Shown: one piece after another, positions 7,701 through 14,496 of the stretch
Numbering within the stretch: the first letter of the stretch is position 1
Layout of the letters: each line of letters starts with the position of its first letter
Virus record (IMG/VR): IMGVR_UViG_3300048058_000019
From: a virus
Lineage: Duplodnaviria; Heunggongvirae; Uroviricota; Caudoviricetes
DNA length: 18,492 bases
Direction: 5' to 3' (one strand)
Program-made: the position numbers and the translations under genes
Notes under the pieces: model-generated
What the model saw: only the letters and a program-made list of their open reading frames with translations
What the model was told of the DNA's origin: nothing
Database searches by the model: none

Positions 7701-7831
7701 TAGTGTGAGTGGGGAATAAGAGAAGCGATGTACATACCAGCAATCAAACCCAGAGCAAATCCGAAGGCAATCGCCATCCAGAAGCTCGTCAGAGCCGCTG
7801 CTCCGGTCCGTCTTTCGTAGGTGATCTTCAC
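7700..7831 (-). CDS. membrane peptide (43 aa)
   Basis: MKITYERRTGAAALTSFWMAIAFGFALGLIAGMYIASLIPHSH; GTGA and TAATG overlaps. Confidence 0.7.
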   Translation of the reverse strand: MKITYERRTGAAALTSFWMAIAFGFALGLIAGMYIASLIPHSH

Positions 7832-8229
7832 TTGGCTTCCTTCTTCCACCAATAGTCAACCGCGAGGTTGACAACGACCTTGGCGTTCTGGTCAAGACCC
7901 TTCCTATACGAGGAGACGAGCTTCCACGGCCCTTTCTGCTTACACCATTGGCGTCGGTTGGACCGCCAACCAGGAATGGCTTCTCCGTGAACATCGGCGT
8001 AGCTCACTCCATCCGAAGCCACGTAACGGAAGCGCCTTCCACGCCCGACCTGAATCATCAAGACCACAAACGGTCTAGCATGAGGAAGAGCCAGGTCAAC
8101 GACCTCATCGTCCTTGATGCCGATGGTCGCAACCGCCTGCGCCAACCAGCCGCCGTCAACGACAAAGCGCTCTCCGTATTGACGGGTCTTGACCTCGTTC
8201 TCCACAAACGACTTAACCTTGAGCTTCAT
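7828..8229 (-). CDS. hypothetical protein (133 aa)
   Basis: Start re-assigned to MKLKVKSF after GAGGAGG. Confidence 0.75.
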   Translation of the reverse strand: MKLKVKSFVENEVKTRQYGERFVVDGGWLAQAVATIGIKDDEVVDLALPHARPFVVLMIQVGRGRRFRYVASDGVSYADVHGEAIPGWRSNRRQWCKQKGPWKLVSSYRKGLDQNAKVVVNLAVDYWWKKEAK

Positions 8230-8479
8230 CTGCCCTCCTCTTGATGAACGCCTCGTACTGCGCCAAGAAGTCCTTGAGTTCGCCAAATTGGAGAGGATCT
8301 GTGTCCTCTGGCATGGATACGAGAGCCTCTCGCAGATCGTCGGGCGTGATTCCGTGCTTCATGGCGACAACAAAGAATTCGTCGCTGCCTTCCTTGACTC
8401 CTTCCATGTCAGTGAGGAGTCTGCCCACTGCCTCGAGCCACGGAGGCGGGACTTTCTTCTCTAACTCTTCGTCTTGCAT
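8213..8479 (-). CDS. acidic hypothetical protein (88 aa)
   Basis: AAGGAG RBS, TAATG coupling. Confidence 0.75.
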   Translation of the reverse strand: MQDEELEKKVPPPWLEAVGRLLTDMEGVKEGSDEFFVVAMKHGITPDDLREALVSMPEDTDPLQFGELKDFLAQYEAFIKRRADEAQG

Positions 8480-8622
8480 TAGATCTCCTTGATCTCCAGG
8501 ATCCTCACTTGGCCGTGCTTCTCGATCAGGATTCGACGGCAGATCGACGTGTCAAGACATTCGATCAAGGCGAGTTTCTCCTCGCCCTTCTCGTTCTCGT
8601 AGCGAGCCTTAAAGCGTGTCAT
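8479..8622 (-). CDS. small hypothetical protein (47 aa)
   Basis: MTRFKARYENEKGEEKLALIECLDTSICRRILIEKHGQVRILEIKEI; overlaps at both ends. Confidence 0.7.
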   Translation of the reverse strand: MTRFKARYENEKGEEKLALIECLDTSICRRILIEKHGQVRILEIKEI

Positions 8623-8921
8623 GCCTGCGGCCCTGCTTTCGTCGGGTTTTCACTGAGCGGGTGATGCTCAACTCCATGCAGCGTGTAGTGGAAGAGGCCC
8701 TCTAACTCCTGGGCCTTCTCCTCTGCTGCCTCCATGATCAGTTCGAAGATTTTCAAGGCGTCGGCCTCGGTGTAACCGTAAGGGACGTGGACGTGAACCT
8801 CTCCGTGGGGTACAACTCTCCCCGGAGGAGGCTTGGGGATGCTCGTCCTCACCTCGTGCGCGTGGGTGGTGGTGGCTGAGAGAGCGACCGTCCCCGCAAT
8901 GAACGCCCTCCGTGTAAGCAT
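8619..8921 (-). CDS. His-rich protein with twin-arginine (Tat)-like signal (100 aa)
   Basis: MLTRRAFIAGTVALSATTTHA|HE; AAGGAG RBS. Confidence 0.7.
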   Translation of the reverse strand: MLTRRAFIAGTVALSATTTHAHEVRTSIPKPPPGRVVPHGEVHVHVPYGYTEADALKIFELIMEAAEEKAQELEGLFHYTLHGVEHHPLSENPTKAGPQA

Positions 8922-8935
8922 GAAATGCTCCTTCC

Positions 8936-9394
8936 TTATTTGGGGTTGAACAGTCTCGTGATCTGATCGAAGTAATGAACCATCTGCATGACAAGATCTG
9001 CGGCCTCGCCGATCTTGGCTTCGTCGCCCACAGCGAGGAGAGTTTTTTCCTCGACGTTGTAGTAAGCCGCCCCACCGTAACCAGCGTCGTTCATGAGGCC
9101 GACCGTCAGCTTGGACTCATCCAGGTGACGCTCGCCACCTGCCCAGACGGTGGCTCCGATTCGGACCCACACCTTCACCGGTTGGCCATAGAGGAAGACC
9201 CGGCCGTACGGACCGCGTTTCGCGGCATTGCCGTCAATCAGACGGCGGTCGATCTCTTTCGCTAAGCGGTAGTTGATGTTCTTCTTGTGTTCACCCAGCC
9301 GCTGACGACGTTTCGCCTTACGTCTCTCGAGTCGCTGTTGCGCGTACTTCTCTTCCATCCTTTGATGGAATAGAAGGATTCTGTTCTCCTCCAT
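8936..9394 (-). CDS. hypothetical protein (152 aa)
   Basis: TGATG coupling; charged N-terminal helix. Confidence 0.8.
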   Translation of the reverse strand: MEENRILLFHQRMEEKYAQQRLERRKAKRRQRLGEHKKNINYRLAKEIDRRLIDGNAAKRGPYGRVFLYGQPVKVWVRIGATVWAGGERHLDESKLTVGLMNDAGYGGAAYYNVEEKTLLAVGDEAKIGEAADLVMQMVHYFDQITRLFNPK

Positions 9395-9759
9395 CAGGCC
9401 CCCTTCATCAAGTTCATTACAACAAACAGCTCATCGATGAACTTGTCGTCGTTGAGCTGGTCCCGGTCCTTCAAGCCGAAAAGGAATTCGGGTTTCTTCA
9501 TGAAAGACGTCCTGTTGTCCTCGATGTTCCAAGAGTCGCTCACACGGCTCTGGTAAATCGAAATCGTCCGTTTCTCCCTCATGAAGATGGCTTGGCCACA
9601 CTCGAAGTGAGCCACGGCCCCGTCACCGTAATCCTTTTCGGCCGGTTCCGAACCCTTCTCCATAATGAAGTCGTGTTCATGGATCAGCCGATGGGCCAAA
9701 CGGGATTCAGCCAGAAAGTTAGCGAATGCCATTCCCCTGAGATTGGTTGCCGTTTTCAC
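9394..9759 (-). CDS. hypothetical protein (up to 121 aa)
   Basis: GGAGG RBS plus GTGA overlap. Confidence 0.75.
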   Translation of the reverse strand: MKTATNLRGMAFANFLAESRLAHRLIHEHDFIMEKGSEPAEKDYGDGAVAHFECGQAIFMREKRTISIYQSRVSDSWNIEDNRTSFMKKPEFLFGLKDRDQLNDDKFIDELFVVMNLMKGA

Positions 9760-10070
9760 AGAACCTCCTTGATTTTCTCGAGGATCTTAAGATCCTGATA
9801 TCCGTGACCAGAATCGAAGACTAGAGCGGGTTTGGGAGCTGAGATGTCTCCGTGGTTGTCACCGAACAGAACAGCGAAGTGGTTGTCTTCCGGCATTGGA
9901 GCAACGCCCAGCTTCTTGATGCTAATCTCTCCCCGACTTAAGGGGGTGCTGGGGAGAATCTTCCAACCAGCCTTCTTGAGCTTGGCGGCAACCTGCTGTG
10001 ATGAGAGACCTGTTGTCATGATTGCTGATCCGTAGAATCCACAACCCTGAGAAATGAGTAACGTCTTCAT
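9756..10070 (-). CDS. hypothetical protein (104 aa)
   Basis: GAGGAGGTGTGAATG initiation region. Confidence 0.8.
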   Translation of the reverse strand: MKTLLISQGCGFYGSAIMTTGLSSQQVAAKLKKAGWKILPSTPLSRGEISIKKLGVAPMPEDNHFAVLFGDNHGDISAPKPALVFDSGHGYQDLKILEKIKEVL

Positions 10071-10460
10071 TCACACCTCCTCACATTTTGAACAAAGATC
10101 CCAGCCCTCGTTGATAAGAATGCCGCAGATCGCACAAAGCGTTCCCCGCTCGAGCGACCTGCCGTCACGTCCAACCAACATCGTTCGAACCCCGTCATAC
10201 TTCTCCTGAACGACCGGAGGAGTGTTGATCTCATCGATGAGAAGCGGGGCAGCCAACTTCCAGTCTCGCTTCAGGACTACAGCATGCCTCCAGAAGTAGG
10301 GCAGGTCCTTTTCGAACTTGCGCCTGAGGCGCAAACGCACGGCTTCCAAGCCCATCTTGGAAGTCAGGTAGAGATGGGGAATCGTGTCATATGACACGCC
10401 CACCTCATGGAATGCAGTGAGCATTTCTTGCTCACTGTCAGACATGAGCTTGGTCTTCAT
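10071..10460 (-). CDS. hypothetical protein with ligase motif-I-like KYDGVR and C-terminal CxxC..CxxC (129 aa)
   Basis: VQEKYDGVRTMLV; CAIC and CSKC; TAATG coupling. Confidence 0.75.
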   Translation of the reverse strand: MKTKLMSDSEQEMLTAFHEVGVSYDTIPHLYLTSKMGLEAVRLRLRRKFEKDLPYFWRHAVVLKRDWKLAAPLLIDEINTPPVVQEKYDGVRTMLVGRDGRSLERGTLCAICGILINEGWDLCSKCEEV

Positions 10461-10987
10461 TAAATCCCTCCCACAAAGAAGCTTTTCAAAACCTTCTCGG
10501 CGTCAACAGCCACGAGCCTTATCGAACCGAACATCGGTTTCTTGACCAACCACTCGACCAACTCGCCTCTTCGCCACCTCGCGATTGGATACTTGCCCGC
10601 TCTGTTGGGCATCTCGTGTTCTCCACACACGTCCTTGTAATCGACCCTGCTCCAGACCTCGCCGTTGATGTAATAGGCGAGGCCGGTAGGGAGGATTACC
10701 TCGACGGTGGGAATCACTGAAGGGTCTCCCGGATTCGCCTCCTTGTGGGCCTGGCTCTTGGCGGCTCCCAGGTAATTCAGCTCGTGGATCCGTGCAACGG
10801 GATCCCACTTAGTCGCCTCACCCTCGACCAGCTTCCAGCGCCAGACCAACATGTGAAGGTTGGGAAACAGCCCTCGATCGACCTCCCTTTGAATCCTGTA
10901 GTGAAGGTGGGAGCCGTCGTGGGGCTTAAAGCGTGCATACCGAACATCGTGCAGAAAAATCCGTCGATGCCCTCTTCCTCTGCTCAT
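10460..10987 (-). CDS. hypothetical protein, first gene of leftward operon (175 aa)
   Basis: Start re-assigned to MSRGRGHRR after GAGGAGG. Confidence 0.8.
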   Translation of the reverse strand: MSRGRGHRRIFLHDVRYARFKPHDGSHLHYRIQREVDRGLFPNLHMLVWRWKLVEGEATKWDPVARIHELNYLGAAKSQAHKEANPGDPSVIPTVEVILPTGLAYYINGEVWSRVDYKDVCGEHEMPNRAGKYPIARWRRGELVEWLVKKPMFGSIRLVAVDAEKVLKSFFVGGI

Positions 10988-11098
10988 TCGACCTCCTCTC
11001 AGAGTTGAGTTCCCGCGCCCTCGCCAAGCACACAGACGGGGCGGCACCGCCAGTCCATCACGCGCGCCAAGCGGCCGTCAATCACCGGTTAGCTGTGC

Positions 11099-11128
11099 AA
11101 TATAACGCTGTATTTCAAAGGTATGCAA
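11099..11128 (-). promoter_or_regulatory. sigma70-like promoter for the leftward operon
   Basis: TTGCAT-N18-TATATT on - strand, about 110 nt upstream of ATG 10987, at the divergence point. Confidence 0.45.
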
Positions 11129-11302
11129 ATTATCGGCCGAATGATGCGAATTTCTACCGCTATTGCCACAGGGTTCTTCTTCACATATGCGGTTGAGGGA
11201 GCCATCAGTTGGTGGTTGTGGGGAGTCCTGGCGGTCCTGACAGCAGCAATATTCACTTTAACTCTCTGGTATGACATACGCAAAGGTCGAGTATGTCAAT
11301 AG
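11123..11302 (+). CDS. two-helix membrane protein (59 aa)
   Basis: MQIIGRMMRISTAIATGFFFTYAVEGAISWWLWGVLAVLTAAIFTLTLWYDIRKGRVCQ. Confidence 0.6.
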   Translation: MQIIGRMMRISTAIATGFFFTYAVEGAISWWLWGVLAVLTAAIFTLTLWYDIRKGRVCQ

Positions 11303-11391
11303 TTCTAATCTGGCTTCTCTTGATTGGCTTCATTCTGGGACTGACCTGGCTCATGGACTGGTTCATCTTCAGACGTTACAAGAAGGGTTGA
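11293..11391 (+). CDS. single-helix membrane peptide (32 aa)
   Basis: MSIVLIWLLLIGFILGLTWLMDWFIFRRYKKG; hydrophobic helix with basic tail; overlaps previous stop. Confidence 0.65.
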   Translation: MSIVLIWLLLIGFILGLTWLMDWFIFRRYKKG

Positions 11392-11397
11392 AGCTAA

Positions 11398-11604
11398 GTG
11401 ATTGAGCGGTCCGCTCAGTTTAGGAGATTGGCCCCGATACTTGCACACGGTCGTGCGCCCACGTACATTGCTTCTGGGGGAGTGTGGTACATAAAAGTAA
11501 TAGCAACCAACACTCCTTACCGCAAGATTCCCTTGGCGATTTACGATGAGGAGGGCCGGGAGAGAAGGCGTGCGGCTTGGAATGCCGCACCTGAATTTTT
11601 ATGA
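11398..11604 (+). CDS. small hypothetical protein (start uncertain)
   Basis: Ends in ATGA overlap; internal YIKVIA resembles the array motif; true start may be GTG 11482. Confidence 0.4.
   Translation: MIERSAQFRRLAPILAHGRAPTYIASGGVWYIKVIATNTPYRKIPLAIYDEEGRERRRAAWNAAPEFL
11441..11469 (+). promoter_or_regulatory. sigma70-like promoter upstream of the micro-gene array
   Basis: TTGCAC-N17-TACATT. Confidence 0.45.
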
Positions 11605-11762
11605 AAGTATCAGTTAAAGGCGAATTTTATCCCGTGATTAAACATACCAACCACAAGTTAGTGTGGAAGAGAATAAAGGGGAACTTCCTTATCCGTGCTA
11701 GCAGCTCCAGTGAACCCTTCTTCGAGCCTAATCCTCCTCCAACCTACGCGTTAGCAATATGA
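11601..11762 (+). CDS. small hypothetical protein (53 aa)
   Basis: MKVSVKGEFYP...YALAI; ATGA overlaps at both ends. Confidence 0.6.
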   Translation: MKVSVKGEFYPVIKHTNHKLVWKRIKGNFLIRASSSSEPFFEPNPPPTYALAI

Positions 11763-11878
11763 ACTTCATAATTATTGGCCCCTGTATCATAAAACCCTTC
11801 CTGTCAGCGTTTTATAAGGGTAAGTTTATTGCTCATACCGAAGTCTTCATGAGAGGGGAGCTCAAGGGAGTATTATGA
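11759..11878 (+). CDS. MNF-array member 1 (39 aa)
   Basis: MNFIIIGPCIIKPFLSAFYKGKFIAHTEVFMRGELKGVL; ATGA overlaps. Confidence 0.65.
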   Translation: MNFIIIGPCIIKPFLSAFYKGKFIAHTEVFMRGELKGVL

Positions 11879-12195
11879 ACTTCTTTGATATCTTGAGCGA
11901 CTGGCTCGAAGAAGAGGGCTTCGAGGAAGAGGGCTTCCAACTTATAGTTGGGCCACCCAGCTTGGGCTCCAAAGAGAAGACGCAAATACTTGTTCATCGT
12001 TGCACTCATCCTTCTCAGTGGGGAATGTTCTTAGAGGAAGGACGTGCTGGGGTTGCTCTGGCCTGGAATTATGAGATCACTCGAGAGACACCAGATGACT
12101 TTGAGATCACTCCTCGCAAGATTCTACCCCTGTCCGATCCAAAATTCTTCTCTAAACTCAAAAGACGCCTCAACACTCACAAGTGTAAGTCATGA
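11875..12195 (+). CDS. MNF-array member 2 (106 aa)
   Basis: MNFFDILS...LPLSDPKFFSKLKRRL; AAGGGAG RBS; ATGA overlaps. Confidence 0.75.
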   Translation: MNFFDILSDWLEEEGFEEEGFQLIVGPPSLGSKEKTQILVHRCTHPSQWGMFLEEGRAGVALAWNYEITRETPDDFEITPRKILPLSDPKFFSKLKRRLNTHKCKS

Positions 12196-12323
12196 ACTTT
12201 GAGATAATTGCCCCAAGGAGATTTAAAAGTAAGCACCCAGCCTATTGGGGAGTGAGGGAAGCTTGGATGCTCAAGAAAGAGTACAGTAAAGTCAGGCGTC
12301 TAGTGAGGGAGTTCTCCAAATGA
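12192..12323 (+). CDS. MNF-array member 3 (43 aa, basic)
   Basis: MNFEIIAPRRFKSKHPAYWGVREAWMLKKEYSKVRRLVREFSK; ATGA overlaps. Confidence 0.7.
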   Translation: MNFEIIAPRRFKSKHPAYWGVREAWMLKKEYSKVRRLVREFSK

Positions 12324-12529
12324 CCGAAACAGGAATCCCCTGCTTTAAGTGTTCCAAGAGATCAGGAACCGATTGTCCGGGCCGTAAGAAAGATGAGGCG
12401 ACCCTCTGCGACCCTTGTTTTAGGGTCAAGATGCTGGTCGATAGGGGCTCTGAGGCCCAGCACCTCCTCAACCAGTTGAATGAGGGGACTCTATCTCTCA
12501 AGGACTTCTATTACTTGGTCAAGGACTAA
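12320..12529 (+). CDS. small Cys-rich putative Zn-finger protein (69 aa)
   Basis: CFKC..C..CDPC; ATGA and TAATG overlaps. Confidence 0.7.
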   Translation: MTETGIPCFKCSKRSGTDCPGRKKDEATLCDPCFRVKMLVDRGSEAQHLLNQLNEGTLSLKDFYYLVKD

Positions 12530-12636
12530 TGAATTTTAAAGTTATTGCCCCTAGGACCATCAAGTTGCATCATTGTATCCTAGGAATCCTCTATAGCCTC
12601 AAGAGGGATACCAAAAGACATCATTGGGTTGTATGA
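12529..12636 (+). CDS. MNF-array member 4 (35 aa)
   Basis: MNFKVIAPRTIKLHHCILGILYSLKRDTKRHHWVV. Confidence 0.65.
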   Translation: MNFKVIAPRTIKLHHCILGILYSLKRDTKRHHWVV

Positions 12637-12830
12637 ACTTTAAAGTCATTGTCCCATTTAAGAAGGTCCGCTTCTCACGTGTCCGTTTCGATAAGAAGAG
12701 GGTGGACACAGGACCGCTTGTTAGAGCCCGCTGGAATGGCTCAACAATTCCTCATGAGATTATTTATTGGGAGCACACTAGGCGTTTGATTTGGAGGGGA
12801 TCAGATGGGTGGAGGGATTGTGAACTTTAA
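12633..12830 (+). CDS. MNF-array member 5 (65 aa)
   Basis: MNFKVIVPFKKVRF...WRDCEL; ATGA overlap. Confidence 0.7.
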   Translation: MNFKVIVPFKKVRFSRVRFDKKRVDTGPLVRARWNGSTIPHEIIYWEHTRRLIWRGSDGWRDCEL

Positions 12831-12984
12831 GAAAGTCATATCTTCACACCTGTTCCAAGAATGGCAAAAGAACAGAAAGAAGAGGGGGCTCTTTTTTACA
12901 ACCATAATAGGTGTCCCTAGGATCCCTCACCTGTTCCCTTATCAGCTTACTGTACTGAAAACCCTTAATCGAAAATTCCAGTAA
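12820..12984 (+). CDS. MNF-array member 6 (54 aa, GTG start)
   Basis: GGAGG then GTGAACTTTAAG; MNFKKVISSHLFQEWQK...LNRKFQ. Confidence 0.55.
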   Translation: MNFKKVISSHLFQEWQKNRKKRGLFFTTIIGVPRIPHLFPYQLTVLKTLNRKFQ

Positions 12985-13342
12985 GGGCTAGCATCCACAC
13001 CGCAAGACATAGGATTAAGAACCAAAAGAGGCAGGCTAGACACCCCGCACATCCAAGGTAATCTTTATTCATGTTGCTCATACTTTAAGCTCTTAGAAAG
13101 TAAACTAAGCTGGGGAGAGGGGAACCCCCATTTGAGATATGTGTTGGGAGGGGGATCCCCCACACGTGACCGGCCCCCCTCACCCACGCAATTATTTCCA
13201 CGCGCGGGCTCTTTAGGACCTAGTTCCCCTCTCGCCCAAAGACGTCCTTAAGGCACGTCCCTATCAGGGCCAACACCGAAGCAGCAAATCCAAAGCCCAT
13301 GTAAATCATGACTTATTTACTTCAAGATGAGAGGGGGGCTTT

Positions 13343-13453
13343 ATGAAGCGATACGCCATCCAATATAAAATAGTCGCCTATCTATCGGATTTGGGAAGTA
13401 GTGAGGAGTTCCCCTCCTGTGTCATGTACATCGGTGTTCCGCACGCGGAATGA
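13343..13453 (+). CDS. possible small protein (36 aa)
   Basis: GAGGGGGG upstream; MKRYAIQYKIVAYLSDLGSSEEFPSCVMYIGVPHAE. Confidence 0.35.
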   Translation: MKRYAIQYKIVAYLSDLGSSEEFPSCVMYIGVPHAE

Positions 13454-13586
13454 TTATCGGGATGCTTATATGATCTTTGTGGGGTACAAATGATATGTGC
13501 AAAGCCGAGAGCGTGAGGCAGCGGACAAAGACCAAGGAGTAGACGCGACGACGGCCACTTTAGTACAGTCGAAGCTTATATAATTC

Positions 13587-13724
13587 ATGGACGGCGTAGA
13601 AATGTTCTGGCGGAGTCGAGAGGCTCCAGAGGGATTCTTCTTCATTTGGTTATTCTTACTGGCGTTGGCTATATTCCTGCTATTTTGGCGAGGGGATAAA
13701 GCATCAAGCTCGGATAAAGAATAG
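13587..13724 (+). CDS. single-helix membrane peptide (40-45 aa)
   Basis: ...GFFFIWLFLLALAIFLLFWRGDK...; TATAAT at 13579-13584 suggests the second ATG (13602) may be used. Confidence 0.55.
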   Translation: MDGVEMFWRSREAPEGFFFIWLFLLALAIFLLFWRGDKASSSDKE

Positions 13725-13760
13725 GGCTTCCCTCCCCCGCTATCTTCCGCTTTTTAAAAA

Positions 13761-13806
13761 GCGAGTTTCAGGGTTTTTTAAGAGGTTCCCTTGTAGCCTC
13801 TACCTC
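13761..13806. repeat. 46-bp direct repeat, copy 1
   Basis: 39/46 ungapped identity to 15031-15076. Confidence 0.85.
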
Positions 13807-13864
13807 CGGTATTGTGTGTGAGGGCTTTCCTCACCTTGGGCCCTCCATAGAGGACCAAAAGTGA

Positions 13865-13889
13865 GGCTCCCCCTTGCTCGAGGGGAGCC
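13865..13889 (-). terminator. probable intrinsic terminator of the 13909-14277 gene
   Basis: GGCTCCCC/GGGGAGCC 8-bp stem 20 nt after the stop, followed on - by TCACTTTT. Confidence 0.55.
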
Positions 13890-13908
13890 CCGTTGGTGCC
13901 TTGGGCGC

Positions 13909-14277
13909 TTACTCTTCGGAGCCCTTGGCCTGGGCGGCCTTGAAGGCGTCGAAGTCGGCCTTGTCCTGGGCCTTCTTCGCCTTCCGGGCGTCGTTGCGGT
14001 GCTCGAGGCAGACCTTCACCTGGAAGAGGTCCGAGGTGAAAACCTTCCGGCGCTGGTCGCAACCCTCGTGGGTGCACTCGATCTCCACGAACTGCTTCTT
14101 GGCGACGTCGTCCCAGGCGAGCGTCCCCTCGATGAAGACCCGGTTCTTCTCGCGAAGCTGGGCTTCCGTGACCCGGCGACCCGGCTTGCCCTCCTTGGCG
14201 ACGGCCTTGCGGATCTTGTTCTTCTGCTCGTCGGTCAGGTGGGTCATTCCGGCCAGGGTCTCTTCCACGTTCGGCAT
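13909..14277 (-). CDS. Lys/Ala-rich protein with Cx4C..Cx2H motif, paralogue A (122 aa)
   Basis: GGAGG RBS; almost all third positions G/C; about 55% identical to 17981-18424 by manual alignment. Confidence 0.9.
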   Translation of the reverse strand: MPNVEETLAGMTHLTDEQKNKIRKAVAKEGKPGRRVTEAQLREKNRVFIEGTLAWDDVAKKQFVEIECTHEGCDQRRKVFTSDLFQVKVCLEHRNDARKAKKAQDKADFDAFKAAQAKGSEE

Positions 14278-14354
14278 CTCAAACCTCCATGCTTTTACCT
14301 TGCCCTCAAGTCCCGCCGCGCCTCACGGCGCTCAAAGCGGTCTCGCGGCCCCCG

Positions 14355-14387
14355 CAGCCTAGCAGGCGCGCCGAGCCGCCGCAACCA
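14355..14387 (-). promoter_or_regulatory. extended -10 promoter, proximal copy
   Basis: TTGCGG-N17-TAGGCT with TG at the extended position; 28/33 identical to 14464-14496. Confidence 0.55.
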
Positions 14388-14463
14388 CCGGCTGAAACCC
14401 CGGCCCTTCGGGGCGGGTGAGCGGCGGCGCGGCCTTGGAGCGCGTGACAGAGCGGGACGCCAC

Positions 14464-14496
14464 CAGCCTAGCAGCCGCGCCCAGCCATCGTAACCA
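14464..14496 (-). promoter_or_regulatory. extended -10 promoter, distal copy
   Basis: TTACGA-N17-TAGGCT with extended TG; direct repeat of 14355-14387. Confidence 0.5.

Noticed and set aside
62-11008. Long plus-strand ORFs over the left operon (e.g. 439-1005, 3870-4529, 4551-5117)
   Set aside because: Antisense shadows of well-coupled minus-strand genes; no RBS or protein-like features
11759-12984. CRISPR-like reading of the recurring ATGAACTTT motif
   Set aside because: Repeats are short and degenerate, spacing is irregular (104-337 nt), intervals are open reading frames, and no cas genes are present
13450-13542. Stop-codon reassignment suggested by MIIGMLI-TGA-SLWG
   Set aside because: TGA, TAA and TAG all act as true stops in many coupled junctions here; at best a nonsense-mutated remnant
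13812-13836. GAGGAAAGCCC on - resembling RNase P conserved region I
   Set aside because: It lies in a small local hairpin and the other RNase P conserved regions were not found
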